A stretch of DNA of 64,000 bases, from the NCBI RefSeq assembly GCF_009914755.1, contig NC_060925.1; one strand, 5' to 3'. This document shows, in pieces, positions 42,357-61,840 of the stretch. Below the pieces are notes generated by a model, which did no database searches, was not told the origin of the DNA, and worked only from the letters and a program-made list of their open reading frames with translations. The stretch is from the human T2T-CHM13v2.0 reference genome, Homo sapiens. Numbering within the stretch: the first letter of the stretch is position 1; each line of letters starts with the position of its first letter. Both the position numbers and the translations under genes were made by a program.

Positions 42357-44619
42357 TTATTTTCTCATGCCATCTCTCAAAGTTATTTACAAACAAATGG
42401 AATTCTTGGCGGGTAGGGCCAAATGTCTGACTAGAAGCAGCTAGTGTGTGCCTTCAAGGAGAGAAAAAAGAGTAGTAGGTAAATACTAACTCTTCAACTG
42501 GAACATCCAGATGGACACATTGCACTGGGATTCATCAAAAAACCAACTCCATTCTTGGAGAACAGAGAGGAGCAGCGAGACAGGACAACTGCCCTCCTGG
42601 GAGTAGCAGGAGACAGGGGAGCCCCTGCCCCCCACTGTGGGTAAATGGTAAGTGAGTGGTTGTCCCTGGGGACTCACACTTCTGCCATCAACTTTTGCAA
42701 CGCTGGGCTCAGGAGATCCCCATGAGTCTCCTCAGTAAGGCCTCCAGACTGACCTGGAAAGCTACATGAATCTGGGCAGAACCACGGCCCAGGCATACGT
42801 GCAGTCCCAGGAGCCTTGGATCCTTGGGCATCCCGACATTAGCAGCTGCAGCTCCGGCAATGGGGAAGGTCAGGCTTCCTCATACACCCCCAGGAAGGGG
42901 GCCAAGTCTACAGGGCTGAGCAGTGACAGACTGCAGGCCTCACCTCTACTGCACCTCGCAGGATAAGGCCCACTGGCCTGGGACCCTAGCATGGCCACAC
43001 CAGGCATGCCTGTGCTCTGGGGCAAGTAGCAGCTCTGCATTTTCCTGGGATGGTGCTCCCAGAGGAAGAGGCAGCCCCCATTTCTGCTGCCTCACAGCCC
43101 TCACTCCTGTTGCCCTCAGGCTCTAGATGGTGTGCCATGATTAGGGACTAGCGCGGATCCCCAGCACAGTGCAGCTGCCCCACAAAGTGTCCAGATTGTT
43201 CTAACCCCGCTTCTCCTCACTGGGTTGGGCCTCCAGACCTGGGACTCCAGCATAACTATCCTGCCTCTGCCTGGACACTTCAGTGGGAGGTAGCTTTGCA
43301 CTTCTCTGAGGAGGAAATCCCAGAGACAACCCATAGCCTCTCCACTACTGCAGCTGCAGTGGTACCACCCTAACCACTCTCAGGTTGGGGAAGGAACAAA
43401 GGGCCTGGTTGTTACAGTGGCACCTCCAGCACACTGCAGCCACCAAATAGAGAGGAGCCCAGTCTCTCTTCACTGAGAACCCCCATGCCCCCACTCTTCA
43501 CCAGGCAGGGCCTCCAGCTCAGGACCACAGAACAGCCGCCCTAACCCCAGCTATGTACAACCACTGGTAGTGGCTTTGTGTTTCCCTGGGGAGTGGCTCC
43601 TAGAGCTCCCTAGGGCTCTCTCTGGCACTGCCATGGCAGTGGTTCTGGCCCTGCTGACCTTGGTCTGTGGAAGAACCAAAGAGTCTGAGGGCTTTACTCG
43701 CACTTCCAGCACAACACAGTCACCATACAGAGAGGAGCCCAGTCTTTTCTCCCTGGGAGCACTTGAGCCCCTGCTCTTCCCCAAGTAGAGGCCCCAGCTT
43801 GGGCCAGCTGTGCAGTCACCCTAACCCTGGCTGAACATTCCCAGTGGCAGTGGTTCCACTTTTCTCCAAGGAAGAGCTCCCAGAGACAACCAAAAACTCC
43901 TCTGCCACTGCAGTGGTACTGCCCTTGCTGCCCTTAGATTGGGGAAGGAGCAAAGACCCTGAGTGCTTTAACTACACCTCCAGCAAGCTGAAGTTGCCCT
44001 AAGAAGAAGAGACCAGTCTGTCTCTCCCATGATGCATCCACCCTGTACATCATCACGCAGAGCCCCCCTGGCTTAGGCCACAGTGCAACTGCCCTACCAT
44101 AGGTCAGTCATACTGATTGATAGTAGCTCTGCATTTCCCTGGAGTGGAGTCCCAAGAGACAAGTGAAAGTTTCCTCTGCCACAACCACTGCCAAGATCCC
44201 TTCCCCTGCTGCCTCTGGGAAGAGAACATAAAGACTGAGCTCACCCCAGAGCTGCGGTGTGCAGCCTGGGAATGACAAGTCAACATTTGTAGCCAGCACA
44301 TAAGTGGGAGAGGAGTCCACACTTTCAGAGGACTGAGAGGGAGCACAGGTGCAATCATGAGGGAATGCAAAGGAGCCCTGTGGCTGAGCAAGAGCCTACC
44401 TACTGGCCATTACACATAAGTGTCACCTACGGAATCACAGCCCAGAACTTCAATATCAAAAATACTTTGCTAATACACCCCCCTGTGAAACCAAGACAAT
44501 AATTTAGCTATAAATAGAGACCTGGCACAAATTGTCAGCCCTCTAAAAACATCCATATAAGAAGTCTGTTGACTGTACTTAATTTTCATCACAGTTAAAG
44601 AAACACCAGCACACACAGA

Positions 44620-45620
44620 TAAGAAAGAACCAGTGCAAATACTCTGGCCACTTAAAAAGCCAGAGTGACTTCTTTCCTCTAAAAAACCACACTAGTTCCC
44701 CAGCAGGGGTTCTTAACCAGGCGGAAATATCTGAAATGACAGAAGTAGAATTCTGAATATGAATATAAATGAAGATCATCGAGATTCTGGAGCAAGTCAA
44801 AATCCAATTTAAGGATGTAAATGTTACAATAAAAAAATACAGCTGATAGATAAAATGACCATTATAAGAAAGACACAAACTGATCTGATAGAACTAAAAA
44901 ACACACTACAAGAATTTCATAATGCAATCATTAGTATTAACAGCAGAACAGACCAAGCTGAGGGATGAATCTCAGAGATTGAAGATTGGCTCTCTGAACT
45001 AACTCAGTCAGAAAAAAGTTAAGAGGAATGAAAAAGAATAAACAAAACTTCTGAGAAATGTGGAATTACATAAAGAAACCAAATCTGTGACTTATTGAGT
45101 TTCCTGAAAGAAATGGGGAGAAAGCGAGAACCTTGGAAAATATATTTCAGGGTATCATCCATGAAACCTTCCCCACTATCACTAGAGAAGCCAACATTCA
45201 AATTCAGGAAATGCAGAGAACTCCTGTGAGACACTATACAAGAAGATCATCCCTAAGACACATAGCCATCAGATCTTGGGTCAAAATGAAAGAAAAAAAA
45301 ATGTTAAAGGCCCCTAGAGAGAAGGGGAACATTACCTACAAAGGGAACCCTATCAGCTAACAATGGACCAATCAGCAGAAACCCTACAAGCCAGAAGAAA
45401 TTGGGGGCCTATATTCAGCATTCTTAAAGAAAAGAAACTCCAAACAATTTCAAACCCAGCCAAACTAAGCTTTATAAGCAAAGGAGAAATAAGACCCTTT
45501 TCAGAAAAGCAAATGCTGAGGGAATTAATTACCGCCAGACCTGCCTTACAGGAGGTCCTGAAAGGAGTGATAAATATCAAAAGGGGAGACCGTTACCAGC
45601 CACTACAAAAACACAGTTAA
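44620..45620 (+). pseudogene. L1 ORF1p remnant
   Basis: Fragments ENIFQGIIHETFP...IQIQEMQRTP and SAETLQARRNWGPIFSILKEK...PAKLSF, broken by stops and frameshifts. Confidence 0.85.
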
Positions 45621-45688
45621 GTACACTGACAATTGACACTATAAAGCAACCACAAAAACAAGTCTGCATAATAACCAGCTAAAAACAT

Positions 45689-49827
<4,139 letters not shown>

Positions 49828-50149
49828 ACAATGAAAACATGTGGACATAAAGAGGGAAATAAGACAGACACAAAGAGAGGGACAACAGACACAGAGGCCT
49901 ACATGGTCCTGGAGAGTGGGAGGAGGGAGAGAGATTAAAAAAACTACCTATTAGGTACTATGCTTAATACCTGGGTGAGAGGATAATCTGCACACCAAAT
50001 CCCTGTGACATGTAGTTTACCTATGTAACAAACCTACACCTAAAATAAAAGTTAACAACAAGAATACTTAAAGATTTCTTTCAGAAATGTACTAAGCAGT
50101 TTCTGACATTTTTCCTCAGTATTTTCTAATAACATTTTTCTTAATAGCA

Positions 50150-50350
50150 AAAATTTTGGAGTCAGAGGTACCTGTTCTACATCTGTTACTTACCAGATGA
50201 TTGATTGGATAGGTTATTATTCTTTCTAAACTCCAGTTATTTTGTGTACATAAAATGAAGATATTTCTAATTTCTAGGGCTGTTACAAAGAATACCTATA
50301 GCATTGAGGGCATGTAATAAGCTCTGAATATATGATAGCTATTATTATCA
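50150..50350 (+). mobile_element. MIR relic
   Basis: Reads ttggagtcagag...acttaccag...taaaatgaagata...tagggctgttac. Confidence 0.5.
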
Positions 50351-50652
50351 CACACAGATTTCTATGGGTGGTTAGGGGAAGATAACTCAAAATGTCTCTA
50401 AGATTCCTTTCTGTTAGATAAAATTGAGCTATTTCCTGGATAATTCAACTATCCATGTCTAGAAAGGTCTAATTAAATGTGCAAGTCCTTTGGACTGCAA
50501 TGGAGAATCTCAGAGTGTAATTCAGGTTTGAAACAATTTCTTTTCTCATTGAATGGTAGTTGTTTTTCTCATGATACTACTCATGTGATGAGCATAGTGC
50601 TTATCACAATCTCAGGGATACAATGTTAGTCTCCATGGATCTGATTATCATA

Positions 50653-52932
50653 TGTATTAGTCTGCTTTCATGTTGCTGATAAAGACATACCTGAGACTGG
50701 GAAGAAAAAGAGGTTTAATAGAGAACTCACAGTTCCACATGGCTGAGGAGGCCTCACAGTCATGGCCAAAAGCATGGAGGAACAAGTCATATCTTACGTG
50801 GATGGCAGCAGGCAAAGAGAGAGCTTGTGCAGGGAAACTCTCATTTTTAAACCCATCAGATCTTGTAAGACTCATTCACTATACTGAGAACAGTGCAGGA
50901 AAGACCCACTCCCATAATTCAATCACTTCCCACTGGTTTCCTCCCACAGCACATGGGAATTGTGGGAGTTACAATATAAGAAGAGATTTGGGTGGGGAAA
51001 GAGCCAAACCATACCATTCCACCCCTGGCCCCTCCCAAATATCATGTCCTCACATTTTAAAACAAATCATGCCTTCCCAACAGTTCCCCACAGTCTTAAC
51101 ACATTTCAGCATTAACTCAAAAGTTCAGAGCCTAAGTCTTATCCAAGAAAGCAAGTTAGTTACTTCCTAGGTACAATGAGGGTAGAGGCATTGGGAAAAA
51201 AAAAAAAAAAAAAAAAAAAGCCATTCCAAAGGGGAGAAATTGATCAAAATAAAGGGGCTGCAGGGCCCATGCAAGTCCGAAATCCAACAGGGCAGTCAAA
51301 TCTCAAAGCTCCAAAATGATCTCCTTTGAATGTGTGTCTCACATCCAGGTCATGCTGATGCAAGATGTGGGTTCTTATGGTCTTGGGCAGCTCTGTCCCT
51401 GTGGCTTTGCAGGGGATAGACCCATCCTGGCTGCTTTCATGGGCTGGCATTGAGTGTCTGTGGCTTTTCCAGGCACACGGCGCAAGCTGTTATTGAATCT
51501 ACTGTTCTGGAATCTGGAGGATGGTGGCTCTCTTCTCACAGCTCCACTAGGTGGCACCCCAGTAGGGACTCTATGTGGGGGCTCCAACCCCACATTTCCC
51601 TTCTGCACTGCCCTAGCACAGGTTCTCCATGAGAACCCTGGCCTTGCAACAAACTTCTTCCTGGACATCTAGGCATTTCCATACATCCTCTGTAATCTAG
51701 GGAGAAGTTCCCAAACCTCAATTCTTGACTTCTGTGCACTGGCAGGCTCAACACCCCGTGAAAGCTGCCAAGGCTTGAGGCTTTAACACTCTGAAGCCAT
51801 GGCCTGACCACTACTTTGGCCCCTTTCAGCTGTGACCTGAATAGCTGGGATGCAGGGCACGAAGTCCCTAAGCTGCACACAGCCCAGGAACCCTGGGCCT
51901 GGCCCACAAAACCACTTTTTCCTCCTTGGCCTCTAGGCCTGTGATGGGAGGGGCTGCCATGAAGACCTCTGACATGCCCTGGAGACATTTCCCCCATTGT
52001 CTTGCAGATTAGCATTCAGCTCCTCATTACTTATGCAAATCCGCAGCCTGCTTGAATTTTTCCTCAGAAAATGGGATTTTCTTTTCTATTACATTGTCAG
52101 TCTGCAGGTTTTCCAAACTTCTACGCTGTGCCTCCCTTATAAAACTGAGTGTTTTTAACAGCACCCAAGTCACATTCTGAATGCTTTGCTGCTTAGAAAT
52201 TTTTTACGCCACATACCCTAAATCATCACTCTCAAGTTCAAAGTTCCACAAATCTCTAGGGCAGGGGCAAAATGCCACCCATATCTTTGCTAAAACATAG
52301 CAAGAGTAACTTTTGCTCCAGTTCCCAAAAAGTTCCTCATCTCCATCTGACACCACCTCTGCCTGGATTTCATTGTTCACATCATTATCAGCATTTTGGT
52401 CAAAGCCATTCAACAAGTCTCTAGGAAGTTCCAAACTTTCCCACATTTTTCTGTCTTCTTCTGAGCCCTCCAAACTGTTCCAGCCTCTGCGTGTTACCCA
52501 GTTGCAAAGTCACTTCCGCATTTTTGGGTATCTTTTCAGTAGCACCCCACTCTACTGGTACCAATTTACTGTATTAGTTCATTTTCATATTGCTGATAAA
52601 GACATACCCAAGACTAGGCAGAAAAAGAGGTTTAATAGAGAACTCAAAGTTTCACATGGCTGGAGAGCCTCACATTCATGGCAGAAGGCATGGAGGAACA
52701 AGTCACATCTTGTATGGATGGCAGCATGCAAAGACAGAGCTTGTGTAGGGAAATTCCCATTTTTAAGCCTATCAGATCTCATGAGACTCATTCACTATAC
52801 TGAGAACAGTGCAGGAAAGACCCACCCCCATAATTCAATCACCTCCTACCTGGTTCCTCCCATGATATATGAGAATTGTGGGAGTTACAATTCAAGATGA
52901 GATTTGGGTGGGGACACAGCCAAACCATATCA
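50653..52932 (-). mobile_element. Complete THE1 (THE1B-like) MaLR element: 3'LTR 50653-51016, internal 51017-52569, 5'LTR 52570-52932
   Basis: Two ~363-bp direct LTRs with TG...CA termini. The polypurine tract (ttccacccctggccc on +) abuts the left LTR and the primer-site region (ctggtaccaatttac) abuts the right LTR. TSD tcata/ccata. Confidence 0.93.
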
Positions 52933-54592
52933 CCATAGATTCTGAATGTAAGCATTGAATGACAACTAGAAAGGTACTTGCTTCCATGTGGCATCTTTTC
53001 ATTTTACCTGGTGGTGAAGTAAACAACATTCCCCTCTTTCTCTGTTTCTGTCTCCCTGTTTCTCTCTCTTCCCTTCTACCTCACCCCAATACTCACCCAC
53101 AAACACACAAACATTCTGTGCTGTGCTTTTTTCATTGTGATTTTATAGAAATATGTGATGTTTTGGATTCTTTCCTGCAAAATACATTAATTTAAAATAA
53201 ACAGAGGCAATCCGTTTAAAAACACCGAGAGTTGAGTGATCTACTGAGAATGATCTGTATTGAAACAGGAGAAAATAACTCCTTTCTGATTATGGTGTGT
53301 GAATGTAAAAAAAAGTGTGTAAATTATGTAAATCTGTGGATATTTTACTAGAATATAGTAATATTTTACAAACAGAAATAATAGCTATGTTTTGCTTTCA
53401 ATTATATTTAAAATAAGGCTAATTCCAATAGATGTATGGTTCATTGTTAGCTTGCAGTATAACTCTAAAAGGGCTTTTTTGCCTCATTTACTAAGTAATA
53501 GACCTAGGAGGCATAGTTAGTAGACTATTTTTATGCATACATCATATTAAATTGTACATATTCATTTTAAACCATTGCTTTATATATTCAGAAAAAATAC
53601 CAAAATTAATTTCAGTTAATATTTTTCCTCTCTGTTTGCTTTAAGAAGACTCAGTGTTTCCCCATAAGTGTTTTTTAACCTCTAGGTTTACCTCCTTTAA
53701 TTAGGGGTTTCAAATGAAAATACACCCTCCCAGGAAACAAGAGCCAAGTAGAATAAAGGAGAAATCATAGATGAGGCTACAAAAACTCAGGTCCTCAAAG
53801 CCATTTGTAAAGCTTTCATTAAACTCACTGCTGCTCCCAACGAAATCAGAATAGAATGAACCTACTGAGACAGTCTTAATAAAGATGTTTAACATAGCAG
53901 AAAGCAGAAGGGCAGAAGCGAGGGGTTTATCAGTTTAATACCAGTGATGCCCTATACCTTGAAGCAATTCACTTTAGAAGCAAAAGTGGGACTGATAATT
54001 GAGAACAATTTAAAGCCATTTAGGTATAGAGAATATCATTAGCCATGTCACATTGTTCCATTGTTCCAAGCATATCTATTTTTCAAGCCACAAATAATTT
54101 GGAAAATACTCATATCTCCATAGAAAGTTGAACCTTTGTCATATAATTAGTCATTCTGTCAATACTTTTGGAAGTGACTTGGTATGTAGTCTTTTACACT
54201 TATTAGATCCCAAAGAAATAAATGTTTTTGCATAAGAAGTATATAATAGAATGCCATTTTAGTCATTCCAATTGGTTATCATAAAATTTATATATTAGCT
54301 TACTGGTTATACTCTATTGGCTTACTCAAATTTATCTGTTTCTCTATCCTTTAAGTAGTTTAATTTTCAGAGATGCACAGAAAAATGTTTGAATAGAAAC
54401 ACCATCCAAACCATGGAATGTGTGAAGAAATTCTTAATTGGGTTAAAAAATTAAATTTTTCTTTTTTTTCCTTTATGTGCCCTTCAGTGAATGTTCATTA
54501 TGGGATAACAAAGTTTGATTTCACAAAGTTTGGCTGTTCAATACAAGTAAATTAAAATAAAAAATGCTTCATTTCTCATAGTTGAATTAATC

Positions 54593-54753
54593 CAGTGGCT
54601 CTCAAGAGTGGTGATTTTGCCACCCAGGGCACACAACTGGTGATAAGGGTAAGGGCAGAGCTACTGACATCTAGTGACTAGAGGCCAGGGATATTGGCCC
54701 ACACTCAAATAACTGGGCCAAAGTGTCAGTAGTGCCAATGTTGAGAAGCCCTG
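54593..54753 (+). mobile_element. MER20 (hAT-Charlie), internally deleted
   Basis: Termini cagtggctctcaa...ttgagaagccctg; internal gctactgacatctagtgactagaggccagggg. Confidence 0.8.
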
Positions 54754-55149
54754 AATTAGTCAAACATAATTTAAGGGAGGGAGGAGGGAGGAAATGAAGT
54801 TAGACTTGGCAAAAATGGCTAAATCAGGCTGGATGTCAGATATGGGGGCATTTTTGGATAGAATATGAAATTTAATCAATGTATCAGTGATTTCATGTGT
54901 CATGGTATTTATCCTGCTTCTTTCTACCTCCAATGGAGATTTTGATTATCTTATTACATTTTGGATTTCTTTACATCCTTTAATACCTTTATCCATATGA
55001 ATCTCTTTCCTTTTCTTGAACCCTTGTTCAAAGAAAAATGCATTATATATATTATATATACATAATGTATATATCAGGATGATTTTCTGACTAGTATTAC
55101 CTTTTTTGTTAAAAAATGACTTTAGACATTGTTTCAAAGTTTTAAATGC

Positions 55150-55370
55150 ATTAGAGCAATGATTAAGAACATACACTTTTGAGCCTGACAGACTTCAAGC
55201 AAATGTTGTCTTTGATACTTATAAGCTGACTGACTTTGAGAAAGCAGTTTAATCTCATTGAACCGCAATTTTCTTATCTGTAAAATGGGACTAATAATAT
55301 CTAGCTCATAGGATCACTTAAGGAATACTGAATGTATTACACATTGTCCAGAGAATAAGCACCCAAGAGG
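55150..55370 (+). mobile_element. MIR SINE
   Basis: ttttcttatctgtaaaatgggactaataata core. Confidence 0.75.
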
Positions 55371-56198
55371 TGGTCATTTAAATCTTAGTGTTTGTACTTG
55401 TGTACTCCTCTACCACTTCCCCACCATTCCATGTGTGTATTTACTCATCCTTAAATAAATATAGCCATACCAAGCTTGAGAGTTGACAGTGGACACTATG
55501 AGTGAATTGTCCTTCTATGTCTTCACTATCCACATGGGCCTTGTCTACTTCCTCTTCTTAGGTCTATGTCTATGTACTGAGAGTAGCTCCCTACCTGCTC
55601 AAGTAACAAAGGTTCTTAATTCAGAACATCACTGAATTGTATTGTTTTATTTCTCAACCACTTATCTGATATTAATGTGTAAAATTATCTGATTATCTTT
55701 AAACATTTTTGCTAATAGCTATGCATAGACCCAGATTAAGAATAAATGATCAGAAAATGATAAATGAAAGCTATTTCCACTGGTATATGAGAAAAAAACT
55801 TTTTTTTCAAATACACTTTTCCAAAAAAAATTCTTTCCCTTAAAATTTGTTTCATAGTTAATAGATCAAATCTGAACCTTCTTCCAGTTTTGCCTAATCA
55901 AAATCAGTTAGATTTAGTGAATGTAACTTAGTGAACATACATAATAAAAATCAGATACAAGAAAATTTATTAGCAAGAAAAGATACTAGTTACAGTTTTT
56001 AAAAGTGACCAGAGAAACGGGAGTATTTTATTTATTTATTTATTTTATTATACCTTAAGTTCTAGGGTACATGTGCACAATGTGCAGGTTTGTTACATAT
56101 GTATACATGTGCCGTGTTGGTTTGCTGCACCCATTAACTCGTCATGACAAGCCCCAGTGTGTGATGTTCCCCACCCTGTGTCCAAGTGTTCTCATTGT

Positions 56199-60026
<3,828 letters not shown>

Positions 60027-60096
60027 TATGATGTTAACTGGTTAATTTGCCCATTAGTTGATGTAGTTTCTTCCTAGCATCGATGGTCTTTAAAAT

Positions 60097-61124
60097 TTAC
60101 AATTTGGCATGTTTTTGTAGTGGCTGGTACGGGTTGTTCCTTTCCATGTTTAGTGCCTCCTTCAGGAGCTCTTGTAAGGCAGGCCTGATGGTGACCAAAT
60201 CTCTCAGCATTTGCTTGTCAGTAAAGGATTTTATTTCTCCTTCACTTATGAAGCTTAGTTTGGCTGGATATGAAATTCTGGGTTGAAAATTCTTTTCTTT
60301 AAGAATGTTGAATATTGGCCCCCACTCTCTTCTGGCTTGTAGAGTTTCTGCTGAGATCAGCTGTTAGTCTGATGGGCTTCCCTTTGTGGGTAACCCAACC
60401 TTTCTCTCTGGCTGCCCTTAACATTTTTTCCTTCGTTTCAACATTGATGAATCTGACAATTATGTTTCTTGGGGTTGCTCTTCTCAAGGAGTATCTTTGT
60501 GGTGTTCTCTTCTCTGTATTTCCTGAATTTGAATGTTGGCCTGCCTTGTTAGGTTGGGGACGTTCTCCTGGATAATATCCTGAAGAGTGTTTTCCAACTT
60601 GGTTCCATTCTCCCCATCACTTTCAGGTACACCAATCAGACGTAGATTTGGTCTTTTCACATAGTCACATATTTCTTGGAGGCTTTGTTCATTTCTTTTT
60701 ACTCTTTTTTCTCTAAACTTCTCTTCTCGCTTCATTTCATTAATTGGATCTTCAATCACTGATACCCTTATTTCCACTTGATCGAATCGGCTACTGAAGC
60801 TTATGCATGCATCACATATTTCTCGTGCCATGGTTTTCAGCTCCATCAGGTCATTTAAGGTCTTCTCTACACTGTTTATTCTAGTTAGCCATTTGTCTAA
60901 TCTTTTTTCAAGGTTTTTAGCTTCCTTGAGATGGGTCAAACGTCCTCCTTTAGCTCAGAGAAGTTTGTCATTACCGACTTTCTGAAGCCTACTTCTGTGA
61001 ACTCGTCAAAGTCATTCTCCATCCTTCTTTGTTCCTTTGCTGGCGAGGAGATGCGATCCTTTGGAGGAGAAGGGGTGCTCTGGTTTTTAGAATTTTCAGC
61101 TTTTCTGCTCTGGTTTCTCCCCAT
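60097..61124 (-). pseudogene. L1 ORF1p, frameshifted
   Basis: Fragments MGRNQSRKAENSKNQS, VKRPNLRLIGVPESDGENGTKLENTLQDIIQEN and HKGKPIRLTADLS lie in different frames. Confidence 0.92.
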
Positions 61125-61723
61125 CTTTGTGGTTTTATCTACCTTTGTCTTTGATGATGGTGACCTACAGATGGGGTTTTGGTGTGGATGTCCTTTTTGT
61201 TGATGTTGGTGCTATTCCTTTCTGTTTGTTAGTTTTCCTTCTAACAGTCAGGTCCCTCAGCTGCAGGTCTGTTGGGGCTTGCTGGAGGTCCACTCCTGAT
61301 CCTGTTTGCCTGGGTATCACCAACAGAGGCTGCAGAACAACAAATATTGCAGAACAGCAAATATTGCTGCCTGATTCTTCCTTGGGAAGCTTTGTCTCAG
61401 AGGGGCACCCGGCTTTATGAGGTGTCAGTCGTCCCCTACTGGGAGGTGTCTCCAAGTTAGGCTACACAGGATTCAGGGACCCACTTGTGGAGGCAGTCTG
61501 TCCATTCTCAGAGCTCAAACACTGGGCTGGGAGAACCACTGCTCCCTTCAGAGCTGTCAGACAGGGACGTTTAAGTCTGCAGAAGTTTCTGCTTCCTTTT
61601 GTTCAGCTATGACCTGCCTCCAGAAGTGGAGTCTATAGAGGCAGGAGGGCCTAGTTGAGCTGTGCTGGGCTCCACCCAGTTCAAGCTTCCTGGCTGCTTT
61701 GTTTACCTGCTCAAGCCTCAGCA

Positions 61724-61840
61724 GTGGCACAGGCCCCTCCCCCAGCCAGGCTGCCACCTCGCAGTTTGATCTCGGAGTGCTGCACTAGCAGTGAGAAAGG
61801 CTCCATGGCCGTGGGACCTGCTGAGCCAGGTGCTGGATAG
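61724..61840 (+). pseudogene. L1 ORF0 remnant (antisense ORF in the 5'UTR)
   Basis: VAQAPPPARLPPRSLISECCTSSEKGSMAVGPAEPG matches the ORF0p N-terminus as I recall it (MAGAPPPASLPPCSLISDCC...). The start codon is GTG and there is a premature TAG. Confidence 0.75.

Noticed and set aside
43020-44200. Periodic repeats as a CRISPR-like array or novel satellite
   Set aside because: The units are long, diverged tandem monomers with no unique spacers and lie inside an L1 5'UTR in a human context.
50670-52900. ORFs of 159-195 aa in THE1
   Set aside because: These are mostly chance frames across LTR and internal sequence, at best decayed MaLR internal ORF remnants. No intact gag or pol motifs are present.
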